Below, piece after piece: positions 13,001-25,467 of a stretch of 47,225 nt of DNA (position 1 is its first letter; the number at the start of each line of letters is the position of its first letter). Source of the DNA: Dirinaria sp. TL-2023a (taxonomy: Eukaryota); the NCBI GenBank assembly GCA_051941275.1, contig JAVEBF010000027.1, positions 1 through 47,225 of the forward strand, in the 5' to 3' direction. The notes below the pieces were generated by a model. It did not search any database. It had not been told where the DNA came from and saw only the letters and a list, made by a program, of their open reading frames with translations. Both the position numbers and the translations under genes were made by a program.

Positions 13001-16000
13001 TGAAGACATCCCCCATCGCTTTACCATTTCCCGTTGGGGTGAACGTGGCGTATACAATCCAAGCTTTGCAGAGGTCAAAGTTGCATTCGAGAGACATCGA
13101 GAAGTTCTCGACACCGGTTGCAACAAACACCTCGTCTTGACCGCAGTGATCGCTCGAGTTGATCAATAGGCCAGCTACTTGAATGAACGCGTCAAGTGTC
13201 ACACAGTCACAGAGAGCTATGGCGGAGCTATCTTTGGTGCTGGCGCCAGGCGGTACGTCGATGATTGCCGATGCTTCTGACTCGCCCATGGTGATTGATG
13301 ATATTCCCTTCAACAGCTCTGCGTAGCGAACAATTCGGGAGAACAGCCCGTAGGCTCGTTTGGACTTGAGCGTCTCTGTTTCGGAACGCTGCAGATGTTT
13401 CATGCAGTCGGACACGAGCCTTTCGTACCGATGGAGTTGGGTCTTGGGCGTGAACCCGAAGTCTCCCTTGGCATGCAGAGCTGGTTTCCGTTTTGGATCG
13501 GTCCTACTTGAGCTCTTGACAACAAAGGACATTCCCTGCTTCGAACTATCGCTCTTGACCACGACGGTAGTGTCACGGTCAGTGTCAATTCCAAGGGGCG
13601 CTTCAAAAGTCAGGTTCTCAAACCATGGAGCCTGGCCCTCGATGTTGCCGAGCATCAATTGCGCGGCCATAAGAGCACCTTCCATATACATTGCTGCAGG
13701 GCAAAGGGGCTTATTTACGACAGCATGGCCGGAAACAATATCGATGTAGCGTTGTGCTTGCGTGTTCATTGTGTACTCGCCCGCTTCACTTGGCTTCGTT
13801 CGAGGCTCAACCAGCCGCGGCGGCTTATTTGAGATCGTGCTCAGAGGATCTGAGACCGTGACAGTCTTCGTCTTGCTGATCTCCATCGCATGATCCACAT
13901 AAGGCATCCAGTGGGAGGTCCGGTCGAAATGGTATGGCGGTAACCAGATTTGTTTAGTCTTCGTCTCGTGTAAGGGATAGAAGCCCCAGAAGGAGGAAGT
14001 GGCACCCTTTCGCCAAACATTGAGTGTTCCGTTTGCAAGCGCGGCCGTGGGATTTGTTCCGCTGGGAGCTTTCATGTCCTGGAACTCGTGCCTCTCCGGG
14101 AACTCGACCGCTCGCTTGGTCATGGACGTGATGGGAGAGTCGAAACCAGCCTCTAGCCACAGACATGAACCAAGGCGTTGCTCTACGCGGCGGATAGCGT
14201 GGTAGAAGAATACCGGCTCTCGAGTGTGCTGCGTAATGTGGGTGGGTCCCACATCGGTAAGTTCTTTCTCCCTGCAGCACTCCAGCGGTATCTTTGCCTG
14301 ATGGAAGACGAGGGATCTGGACGCGTTTGCAAGGTCTGCAAGCAGTGGCTCAGTGAACTGTGAGTGGAAGCCATGAGTAACGCTAAGGCGCTGGTTTTGG
14401 ATGCCGCGATACTCATCGTTGTTTTTGAGAAGCCTTTCGACTTCCGATATGGCATCGTCGGTGCCCACGACAATCTGACTTGTAGGAGCGTTGTGGCAGG
14501 CAATTTCGACACCTTGGCCCCCTGCGATAATTTTGCGGACTACGTCGGTTCCCGCTCCGATCAAAAGCATGGTCCCTTTGTGAGGGCCCCATTTTGACTG
14601 CATCAATGCGCCTCTGGTGCCGACAAGTTTGAGAGCGTCTTGAAGAGATAGGACGCCCGACACCGCCAAAGCCGTCAACTCGCCAAAGCTATGGCCAACC
14701 ACGGCTTCTACTTGAAGTCCGCAATCGATCCAAGACATGGCAGTTGCGTACTGAACAACGAACATAGCACACTGGAGCAGCATGACATCTCGCGCAGGTT
14801 CCTTGTCGAAGATGGTAGACATGCACGAAGGGAAACCGCTCAGCTGCAGCAGACGATCGCACGCGTCCACATGGTGCTTGAACAGAGGGAATGAGTCGTA
14901 CCAATCTTTGTTCATACCTATTGAAGGACGGCTTTGGCCGGAAAAGGTTAACACAACCTTCTTTGGCTGCGGCGCATTGACTATGTCCTTTAATGATCCC
15001 AGGGACTGAATCAAGCCATCAATGCTCGACTCCGTGGACAACCACTGTAGCGGATGGCGTTGGCGCTTTTTGGCAAGGGTGAACGCGACATCGGCCAATG
15101 TGCGTTTGGGATCTGGCTTCTTGAGATAGGCTGCGAGATTCTCAGCATTGGCGAGTAAACTTGGTTTAGACGCAGCGCTGAGAATGATTGGATAGGTCAC
15201 TCCAGTGGTAGCGTTTGAAGGGGTTTCAGGAGCTTCGCAAAGCAATACAGCAGAATTGCTTCCTGCAGCACCATAACTGTTGACCAATGCAGCTTTCGGC
15301 GAGACTTTCCAATCTTCCAAGCCGCTTGCGATTGCGAGCTTGTCCGGCTCGAGAGATGGAATCTTTGGATTCAGACTCCTGTGACTTGCCAGGGGTGGAA
15401 TTGCTCCTTTATTGACCATGACCAGAGTTTTGAGAAGACCAGCCACGCCTGCAGCGGTCTCGCAGTGACCAATGTTGCCTTTGATTGAGCCCAAGTGCAT
15501 GAGACTCTGTCTTTGAGGGCCACCGAAAACTTCCCGTACACTCGCTACCTCTAGTGGATCGCCTGCTTGAGTGCCAGTGCCGTGGGCTTCGCAATAGGAT
15601 ACCTGCTCCGGTTTCATTCCTGCTTGGTGGAGAATGTTCTTGTACAGCTGGACCTGAGCAGCGCTGTGCGGGACAGTGAGGGTCGGACTCAGCCCGCCTT
15701 GATTGGTGCTTGCGCCAGTAAGGACCCCGAGAATTTGATCTCCATCGGCCAATGCTTGGTTAAAACGCTTGAGCACAATAAGGCCCGCGCCTTCCGAACG
15801 ACAGTAGCCATCCGCGCCAGCGTCAAAGGGCTTGCACTGCCCAGTTTGACTAAGGAAGCCGGCTTTTGCGAGATCCAAGTAGTTGTGGATTCCGGTAATG
15901 AGATTCACGCCGCCAGTCAATGCGATTGAGCATTCTTCGCTCTGTATCGCCTTGACAGCCCTGTTGATGGCCACCAAGGACGACGAGCAGGCCGTGTCGA

Positions 16001-17703
16001 GAATTTCGCTGGGACCGGTCCAGCCAAAGTGATAGCTTATCTTGCCGCTCAAGAAAGCCCTGATAGTGCCAGTCGAGGTATATGCCGTTGGTGGATTTGC
16101 GGAAGTATTATCGAGGTACTCAACGAAACTTGCGCCAAGAAAGACACCTACTGGGTCTCCTGATTCGCGGCGATGGGACCCGAGATATCCACTAGACTCC
16201 ATTGCTTGGTATGCAGTCTCGAGAAGAAGTCGCTGCTGCGGGTCCATTGACGCGGCTTCTCGAGCATTCATGCGGAAGAAGGTGTGGTCAAAGCCGGCGA
16301 CATCGGAAATAAAATTGCCCCACCACTGTTGCTTCGCAGCCCATTTGGGGTCTTGGGATGCTCGGAAGCTGTTCGCAATATCTGCTCGTTCCCCTGGTAC
16401 AGGTACGACGGCTGAACGTCCAGACGAAATCAGATCCCAAAGCTCCTCCACAGTGTTGGCGCCAGGCAGACGGCACGCCATCCCAACCACAGCAACAGCG
16501 TTGGCGGGATAAGCGTACTGAGAGTCATGGCCAGGAACGGGCAGTACAGACGGCATTAACGCCTTGATGAAGGAGAGAATGTCTAATTTGATGATCTGCA
16601 GTCCTGCCTGGTGAAAAGGCGTCAGGGGAATGCAGTCGCCAATACCGAACGATGCGAAAAGATGGGATTGACTCCCAGTCTTTACCAAATCGCCGCAGAC
16701 TCCAGTCAAAAGGTCGTACCACTGGCAGCAGGAAGCGAGGATTGTTTCAATCGCTTCGTGCATCAGCGATCCTTCTGTTAGCCTCTTCCCGTTCTTGTTC
16801 GACCTCAATGGAGCGGTCAAGTAGGAAGCATCTGGAAGCTGGAGTTCCGCATGCTTGTCACAAAGACCGCACATCTCCCGCGCCAGATCGGCGTTTTCGG
16901 GATTGTGCACCTTCCCTCGCAGGTGCATAGCTTGGGTTTGCATCCCACGAGCTTTCACTCGTTTTTGGATTTCTGCCAAGGATGGAGCCGAGCCCACAAT
17001 ACTGACGGTTTTAGGGTCAGTAATTGCCGAGACATGCGCCTGGTGAAAGATTAGCAATATCATCACCTTGGGTCATGCCGCTTACATCTGGGAAATCTTT
17101 AATGATTTCTGCACCTTGGCCTGGCTCCTTGAGACGGACGACAATTGTGGTAGGCCCAAGTACATTCTCGTCGTCTCCAAGCTCACCATACGCACCGACA
17201 CCTAGCGCAATAGCCATGGCTTTGGAGGCGTTGACAACAACTTCCTCCTCAGTCGCAGAACAGGCGATAGCAATGGCCGGCATAAGACCACCGCAGTAGC
17301 CTTGAATGCCTCCTCGCTCCCGGAGTCGCTCCATGAAGTCACTGTGACGGAGCCTTTTGACTTCCAGAAATTGGAAATATTGAACAACTTGAATAATGGT
17401 TAAGAGAGGCAAAGATAAAATACCAGACATTATGTTCGAAATCCCTGATGATTTCCCATCTCTGACCCACTCTGCGAGGGCGTGGGTGTACCGTTTCCCT
17501 TGGGTCAATGCTGCAATGTCGGAATTGTGTTCGGCAAAAATAGACCAGGTTTGCGGCAGTTTTTCGATATTATCAAGCAAAACTCTGAGCTCAGCTTTGC
17601 CGCATAAGTACGACCGAACTTCATCCAGATATGCTTCTGTGGGGGCTTTGCTCTGCGGGCTAAACACTGCCATTGAAGGCAGCTCTTCGTGATTAGACGC
17701 CAT
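10020..17703 (-). CDS. atr1: Non-reducing iterative polyketide synthase SAT-KS-AT-PT-ACP-CMeT-esterase/lipase-type releasing domain, ~2479 aa, 5 exons; atranorin Atr1 (PKS23)-like methylorsellinate/depside synthase
   Basis: Exons 17703-17086, 17039-11117, 11056-10691, 10621-10539, 10469-10020 (7440 nt, in frame). SAT GYCGG; KS DTACSSS, EAHGTGT, KGNIGH; AT GHSFG; PT SGHAV..PLCPA; ACP LGVDSL; CMeT LEVGAGFGG; alpha/beta-hydrolase HGGGF, GWSTGG, HSDRD, HIHD. NR-PKS call is near certain; the atr1 symbol is inferred from domain order plus neighbouring genes. Confidence 0.9.
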
Positions 17704-19038
17704 TGCTGAGATTAAGGGTTGGCAATATGTGCAGCTGTTACGATTAGATGTCTGCAATTGCTGGTCTAAGAAGGACAGCGGTTGAATCCCTTGACGATTA
17801 AGGTGAGAATGGTATAACCCAAATTAAGGTGAAGCAAGGAGTGGCGGACCCTTGGTGATCTTCGACAGCTCCGAGGCAAATGAAAGTGAGGTGTTGAAAG
17901 CTCCTCCAAGCCAAGTATGGAGTTGTGTCAAGTTGATTATTGCTTGCAGAATGTGGGGATAGGATTTCTCGTGACATATAAAGCTTCCGTTTGAGTGAGT
18001 ATCTACCGGCAAGGCTCCGAAATAGTGGTATCAGTCCGATCTCAACTCAGGGTATCAAATAGACCTGCATAATCAATGACCCCGGCAAGGTCTAAGCGAA
18101 GGAGGTCCAAGTCGTCCAGTCAATAGACGTAGATGGCGACGGAAGTCAATCTTGCATTGACATTTGGGGCAAAAACGAGTTGCAAAGGTTACACTTACGG
18201 CTGGAATATGCCGATCTTCACAGACTTGGGAAGTGTACAGCTCAACCCATCGTATTTTCTGCACGGCAGTGGCAAGCCTCCCGCTAGGCTGGGAGGAGAG
18301 CACGCAATGGATGGGACTCGGAGCCTCTAGGATGTTCGAAAAGGCATGGCAGATCGAAGAAACTTGCAGGACAACCTGTCGCCAGGCGTTTTTTGTGGAG
18401 TGGTTTGCTCATGATTTCCGACAGTTTCCGCGAGGGACTAGGTTAGGAGAATTTGTGTGACAAATCTATAGGTCAAGACCGACAGACACGATTACCGCGT
18501 TTCGAATCGAGCCATTGCGTCAGTAATTTATCCAGGGCTAGTCGACCAGAAATGGGCGATAGGTCATTCCCAAGGTCGGGATTGGACGATAGGGCACGTG
18601 TTCTGGCAAGAGCTGGACGAAGGATCCAAGCTCCACATGATTATGATACTCCAGGTCCACATACTGATATCTCAAATTGGCCTAGAAGCATTGATGACCG
18701 GATCGCAGTCCCAAGCCTGGTTCGACGCGTTCAAAAAACAAAAACAAAAAAAAGGAAAAAAGGGGTAACTTGGGAGCTTAGGGGCAGTGTGTACCTGATT
18801 TGAACACGATCTACGAGCATCTGTTTCTAGTGAGCTTCGATATTGAAGGAATGACTTACAGGTAGGTGGTGAGAGGTGAGAAGATGGTGTGAAGGCAGGG
18901 AACCCTGAGGGAGGAAGGGCTGGATGACTATTCCGAATCAGGCATGGTGGACATCCGGAGCGCCCGCACTTCCCACCAATGATCGTCTTGGCGGCTGCAG
19001 TTGGCGCCATTTCAAGTCAAGCATGTGAAGGATGAAGA

Positions 19039-19092
19039 TTCACCATTTCACCATTTCAACCATTTCACCATTCCAACCATTCCAACCATCCA
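19039..19092. repeat. Degenerate 7-8 bp tandem repeat (TTCACCA/TTCCAACCA) in PKS-P450 intergenic region
   Basis: ttcaccatttcaccatttcaaccatttcaccattccaaccattccaaccatcca read directly. Confidence 0.8.
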
Positions 19093-20632
19093 AGGACTTT
19101 CCAAGATCTATCCCGAACTTGCTCTCGTCTCTCATTTCTTTCGTCACCATCGAAATCGTGCTTCATGTGCTACTACTATTGTGACGTACATAGACTGCGC
19201 AAGCTAACGAGATCTGAACTACCTATGATGGGTCTATGATGCTTCGCGGTACGAGATGAGCAGTACCAGATGGGCGTTACTCGGAGCAAAGGCTGCCTCG
19301 GTAGTCAATCGAAAGATAAGGCGATGAAGCTAAGCTCTGTCAGGATTCGTCGATCTCCCTCAGGCATGACATGCTGGTGTACCTTACACTCAGCCTCGTT
19401 TGCTAATCTGCAGCCCTACCTTACAAACCCGGACCTGTCTCCGTAAAATACCGGAGTATCAAAAAATACAAGGATCATTGATGCTGCGTGTCGATTTTCT
19501 GTTGGAACCGACTATGATGGCCAATCATCCACAAACGGGCGTATGTCGAGATCATACACGCCGTTTCCTGCTCTGCTCTGCCCATCTCATGCAATGCAAG
19601 AGCCCCGTGCACCCTAAAATTCCGTGAAAAAGCACCCTCGCGATCGGAAATATCAGCATGCCAATCTTGAAGAGGGTTCATGCCAGATTCACGCATGCAA
19701 GGTTATCATGCACTATATTATTCTGGGGCAGTCGAGGTGGATCATGACAGCTCTCACTCTCCTTCCAGTTAGTGGTGAATGTCTGCTAGGTGCGGCGAAA
19801 GCTTGCTGGGTGCACGGCACTACTGCCAAGCAGGGCCAATTCAGTCAATTTGGCCACGGAATAATTTCAAAATGATCTCAACTGCTACTACATCAAAGCG
19901 GCGGGGGCTTGATTGGTCTGCTCCCAGATCCACGGTTTCATTTCACTGCATATCTAAGCTACATATATTCTGTCGGCTATCAAGCATCCACAGGGATGGT
20001 GCGTCCTGTTGGATCCACCTAGAGCTTATCTTAGTGGATCTACCAGATCGGATCTATGACTCCCTAGCGAAAAGCATTAGCGCCTACAGGCCAGGAGAAG
20101 ATAGCCTTCGTATCTTGCAAAGGCCATTTGGAGTAAAGGGTCTCCTGCCACTGATCGGCCTCTTCTTCTTCTCCTTTCTCCATCAGTGTACAGCCAGCCC
20201 CTTAAAGGATCTAGCTCGTGCTTTCTACAGCTACTGACGCTTCAATTACTGGTACATTTGAATAATGCATCCTGTTTTCGATTCTGGACTAGCGTCGCTC
20301 GTGTAAACATTATTGCAATCTACTGGATCCCAAATAATGGGCCCGCATTCGGAAAGTATCGAGTGCGCTGACTTTCGGAACCGACGTTGCATACATGGGT
20401 ACATTGACTTGGACTTTGATCAGGGCCTATTTGAAAAAAATTAAAGACGTCACGATGTTCCCTGCGCCTTCGTAGCACAGGGCGAGGAAGATCCAGCGAA
20501 GTCTCCCATTCAGCCCTAAAGGGTACAACTTCTGGTGCTCTGACTCCCTTTGCTCGTCCTCTACTTTCTGAATCCCTTTTTTCTTTGTACACCATCGTGT
20601 TCTGTGACTGCCCGAAATCCAACCTGTGAATC

Positions 20633-22388
20633 ATGGCTCTGCTCGACATTTTAGAAGCGCTCCCAGACTTTGCTATTGGTAGGGTAGGGGCAGGTATAGC
20701 TATAGCTTCCATTCTGGTGAGCAACGCCTTCGTCGTTTCCTCAAAAGAAGTATCAGCTTTGCCTTTCACAAAGGCTGACATACAGTTAACTAGACAGTGA
20801 CTTACTGTATTGGAAATATCTTCTATAATATTTATCTTCACCCCTTGAGAAAATATCCCGGTCCAAAGTATCTTGCAGCTTCTCGGGCTCCATATCTCAA
20901 ATGGATGTATTCTGGAACTCTCGTGCCTAACTTCCAAACTTTGCATGCACAATATGGTCCGGTTGTTCGCGTCGCACCTAATGAACTCTCGTACATCAAC
21001 CTGGAAGCCTTGAAAGCCATCTACGGCCACCGTCAGCCAGGAGAAGGTTTCCGCAAAAACCCAGCTTTCTTCCAACCGGCGACAAATGGCGTCCACTCCA
21101 TCTTGACCTCAGAAGGAGAAGCTCATAGCAGCGTGCGGCGCAAGATCTTACCCGCTTTCTCGGACAAAGCACTCTCCGACCAGACAGACATCCTGCAGCA
21201 TTTCACAGGACTATTAATCCGTAGATTGCGCGAGAGGGTTGAAGGGCCCGAGAGCGCAAAGCCTGTTGACATGTTCGAATGGTATATCTGGACTACCTTC
21301 GACCTGATCGGAGATCTTTCCTTTGGTGAGCCGTTCGAGTGCCTCCAAGCAGCCAGTTTCACAGAATGGGTTGAACTTGTGTTCAACGCTTTCAAGACCT
21401 TTGCATTCATCAATATTAGGTAAGCTGGGCATTCGAAAACACGGGCGAGGACCATGCTAACGCAACCCAAAACAGCAAGCAATTATCTCCCCTCGACAAA
21501 ATTGTTGCGATGATGATCCCCGAGTCCATGAAAGCTCGACGAAACAAAGTCTTCACGCTCAACATGGGCAAAGTTGACCGTCGAATTGCTTCCAAGTCTG
21601 ACCGCCCAGACTTCTTGTCCTACATTATTAAGAATAAGGAAGGTATCGCCATGCCAATGCAAGAGCTTTACGCGAATTCGGTGCTACTCGTGCTCGCAGG
21701 TAGCGAGAGCACAGCATCCGGCTTGGCCGGTATTACCTTCCAGATGCTCAAGAGCACAGAACCTTTCAAAAAGGCCATCAAAGAAGTACGCGGCTCGTTT
21801 TTGACCGAAGACGAGATCACGCCGGAAAGCGTGAAGCGACTGCCCTACCTTGCAGCCGTGGTGTCCGAAGGGCTGAGAATGTATCCACCCTTTCCGGAGG
21901 GACTTCCGCGCCTGACACCACGGCAAGGGGCTGAAATCGCTGGCCAATGGGTTCCCGGAGGGGTAAGTCTTCAATGGTAGATTGGCAGCACCGGCTAACT
22001 TTTTGATGTAGACTTATGTGCAGTTCAGCACTCACGCAGCTCACCGCAGTAGTATTAACTTTACGGATGGAGATGTCTTTGCTCCTGAGCGCTGGCTTGG
22101 CGATAAGCAGTTCGAAACTGATAACAAAGAGGCCTCGCAACCCTTTTCGATTGGTCCCCGTAGCTGCATTGGTAGAAAGTAAGTTTTCCTATTTTGCTCC
22201 AAAAACCATACTAAAATTAGTCAAGCCTTGCATATCTCGAAATGCGACTGATTCTTGCACGTATGCTGTGGAACTTCGATCTGAAACTCTCTGAGGAAAG
22301 CCAGCACTGGGACGAACAGAACAGCTGGATTCAGTGGGACAAGAAGCCTCTGATGGTAAATCTCTCGCTTGCCGCAAAGCAGAATTAG
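20633..22388 (+). CDS. atr2: Cytochrome P450 monooxygenase (CYP65-like), ~508 aa, 5 exons; Atr2-like
   Basis: Exons 20633-20716, 20794-21419, 21476-21962, 22012-22178, 22226-22388 (1527 nt). N-terminal membrane anchor, [23 protein letters not shown]-helix AGSESTA, EGLR (ExxR), PERW, heme motif [10 protein letters not shown]. Symbol inferred from cluster context. Confidence 0.9.
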
Positions 22389-23125
22389 TCACTCGGAATA
22401 GCCCGAGACGGAAGTGATGAGAACAAGTTACTGGCGAAAAAGCTTTCGGGGGTACCGAATATCAGTTCAGTAGCTCTATAGCTGGTCTCAGAGAGGACGT
22501 TTGTTTCTCGGTAATCGATGAGGTTGAAGTCGGACATGCTCGTTCCGAGGTGTGGTATTGCTTGTTGTCCTGGTTTCCATTCCCATCTTAGTGCCGATCT
22601 TGTTCTTTGCCGAATCCCCGCCACGTGTAAATTGCGTAGGGGATTAATGACCATTTCGCAATCCGGAAGCAGCCATGATCCCAAAGGAGCGACGCCACTT
22701 GCTCACTATCAGCTGCATTTCTTTTCAACAAGTTCTACCAAGGTCCCACTATTCACAGATCTGTCAAACGCACTGACACAGAGCATTGCTGGTGCGGTAC
22801 ACTTTGGAGGACATCCCAGAGGGTCCAAGCAAGTCCAGAAGACATGTTTGCAGATTTTAGGCGAATTTGCTTCAAGGTCTCTAGTAAGTGCTCGGATCTT
22901 TCGCCTGACCGACTCTTCAGTATGACGTTACACTGCCAGCAAATCCTCGTAAAGCTGGATCCTGAGAAGGGACAGTTCGTGTAGGGATTCTACCTGCGCA
23001 ACTTTCGCCTTTTCATGATGTTGAATCATGATCCCTGAGATCTCTTCTATCGTAGCTTTCCAAGTTGCCAAAAAAGCAACAGCCCGATTTGACAAAAACC
23101 TACGCGAAGGACGGGCTCTGCTCTC

Positions 23126-24371
23126 TCAAAGCCTCAGAACCTCGAAGCCCAACCTCCTGGTTCCTTCTATCTGCCACTTTTCGCCAAAACCCTTGGCCTT
23201 TACTAACCTAGATTCGACCTTCCATTTCGTTCCAGTGATAGCCCCAACCTCCTCCCACACTTTGCTAAAGCTTTCGATATCATGCCTGAACAGAATGCCT
23301 CCGCTGGGAATAGGGATTGGCTTCTTATCCCCGGTGATACCACCTACTTGCACGCCCATGACCAAGCTGCCTGGTTGTGGTTTCAGCAGCTTCGACACGC
23401 GCACGCAGACTTTGACACAGGTTTCGAAGTCGAAGTGGTGCAAGAAAAGCCCCAAATAAACAATGTCCATTTCGCCGTTCAAACCTTTCAATAACAGATC
23501 CTGCTCGTTCATGATGTCGGTGGGGAAAAATGTACTTTTCAGTGTCTTTCGATCTCGGAACAGCTCGTATCCCAGCTGCATGAAATCGGCATACAGATCG
23601 GCGCCGTAGATGTTCTCGCTTGGGGCGCCATCGGCGACTAATTTGCGCACGTCCTGACCAAAGCAGCAGCCGAGGTCGAAAATCTTCTGTTTCTCATCAC
23701 GCAGGCGAGAAAGTAAGGTGGGATAGTAGGGGGAGAGATTGATAGTAAGGTTTAGGAAGAGGAATTGGCCGATGCAAGGATAAGGGTAGACATCCCAGGC
23801 TTTTTCGCGCTGTTGACAAGCGAGAAAAAAAAAAGGGCGTTAGCGACCGCCTTTTGAGGTTGAAAGTAAACGTTTGTGAGATTGGGTATGAAAAGGATTG
23901 GAGTCTGGGCATATAATGGAAGGCTAGAAAACTTACAATGGCGATCACGTGCTGCTCTAATTGATCTGATGGGACTTTGCTGTAATCGCCGAGAAGATCT
24001 CGAGTGATAGGGTCGATATCTCTGGGAGAAGTATGATACCTAGTATGCTTAGTATTCGGTGGTATTATGCATCCGTTGGCAATTCAAGGTGTTCGAAAAT
24101 TGCGAAAATTCGAGTCATACCAAGCGACACCTTTGTTGTTTTTTTTGCTTCCTACTTCAAGCGGCGGAAGTGCGCCTTCTTTCTCTGTTCCGGTCAAAAT
24201 TTGCTTGGTGTCTGACCCATTCGACACGGGAGCCTTGACTTCGTCCTGATTTCCGTTCATTTTGCCTGGAAAGAGGTCTGCAACGTCTGCGGGATCAGAA
24301 GAGCCCATTAAATTGTCGGGTTGACTTTCGAGACGATTCAATGGCGGCGGAAAGGTAGTAGCAGCGGCCAT
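23126..24371 (-). CDS. atr3: SAM-dependent methyltransferase of the Trt5/AusD (carboxyl O-methyltransferase) type, ~345 aa, 3 exons; Atr3-like
   Basis: Exons 24371-24121, 24039-23937, 23809-23126 (1038 nt). Motifs REKAWDVYPYPCIGQFLFL, IFDLGCCFGQDVRKLVADG, LGYELFRD, FLHHF. Symbol inferred from cluster context. Confidence 0.88.
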
Positions 24372-24810
24372 GATGAAAGCTAAATTGGATATTCAAGCTC
24401 GTGGATGATCTCAGTAACACGGACCCCAAGAAAATTTACGTCAAATTAATTAGATGGATCTTGAACTGGCTCGCTCGAATATGTTGGATTTACCGGCGCT
24501 TGGGCAAACATAACTCCGGTTATGGAGATAGTGACGGAGATGAAAGAATAGGAGAGTATAGTAGGGGTCTCTTCCATCCAACCGCCCAAATGAGGGACGT
24601 GGAGATTGTGGGGTCCCAGAAGGTGGGAGAGATTTCATGCACGTCATGCAGCATGATCATCGTCCCAGATCGAATGGTTGACATCAAGAATGCGTATTTG
24701 GAGCAGAGCAGCCAAAATGGCACGCTATACTTTCGGTAAGGCGTACAATGTACAGGGACTGTCGTTTATCGAACTAACAAGATGTCGTTCAGTCGTCGGC
24801 TCGCTTCGGG

Positions 24811-24833
24811 GTCGGGCCGTTTGTTAGCCCGAC
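24811..24833. promoter_or_regulatory. Inverted repeat GTCGGGC-N9-GCCCGAC in divergent methyltransferase/MFS promoter (candidate Zn2Cys6 site)
   Basis: Perfect 7-bp inverted repeat containing CGG/CCG triplets within a CGG-dense patch (24793-24847); regulatory role is inference only. Confidence 0.25.
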
Positions 24834-25467
24834 TCTAACCCGATCCGTTTTGATATCTGCAGGAAATCCATGTCTTCAAGCAGAACATACTTTGGAGGCG
24901 TACATACAATGCATATACGACCACACCTTATCTTTGGATATCAAGACTTTATGCACGTGCATAGTCATCTCGCATGATTTGGGTTGCTGCTGTCCTTGGT
25001 CCATGTCCCAGACAAATCGACAGGAAATACGGAGTATGTCACCTATCTTCACCCAAGTGTGCCAGCCCTCAATACCAGCCATTCGCTTTAGCAGGTCGAA
25101 ATGCCGGAAGCGATTCGGAGCATTGCATGATGATAGACAGCAGCTGCGATCGGACCGGTATGGATCGATCTCTTTCCCTCCACAAATAGCTTCCGTCTTG
25201 ATCACGCGCTATCACGACGGTGGGAGCTCGTAGAAATCGTACCTCGGGCGCATTGCATTGCATTGCATGGCTACTTGAGACTCGCCGCATGGGACTCTCT
25301 TTGGCTTCGTTACCAGCCCCGACGCTCTCTCCCACTTTCATTTCTTTGGCTCGAGGTGTTCCCTTCTCTCATTTCATAGTGTAATGAGCTAGGTCCAGAT
25401 TCACGTCTGAAACTAGCTGGTCGCGTAAGAGTTTGGTGAGAAAGAGAGCTACCTCAGTTTTGAACAT

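Noticed and set aside
11224..17692. Numerous 60-170 aa ORFs overlapping the PKS
   Set aside because: Alternative-frame or antisense shadows of a long GC-rich CDS.
17704..17757. Upstream extension of PKS exon 1 in the ORF track
   Set aside because: Begins at TTG; the first ATG in good context is 17703 (MASNH).
19165..19240. Short ATG-TGC-TAC-TAC (MCYYYCD) ORF in the PKS-P450 spacer
   Set aside because: Only ~24 codons, no convincing splice acceptor or continuation.
20320..21096. 258-aa minus-strand ORF
   Set aside because: Antisense shadow of P450 exons 1-2 and its promoter; no recognisable motifs.
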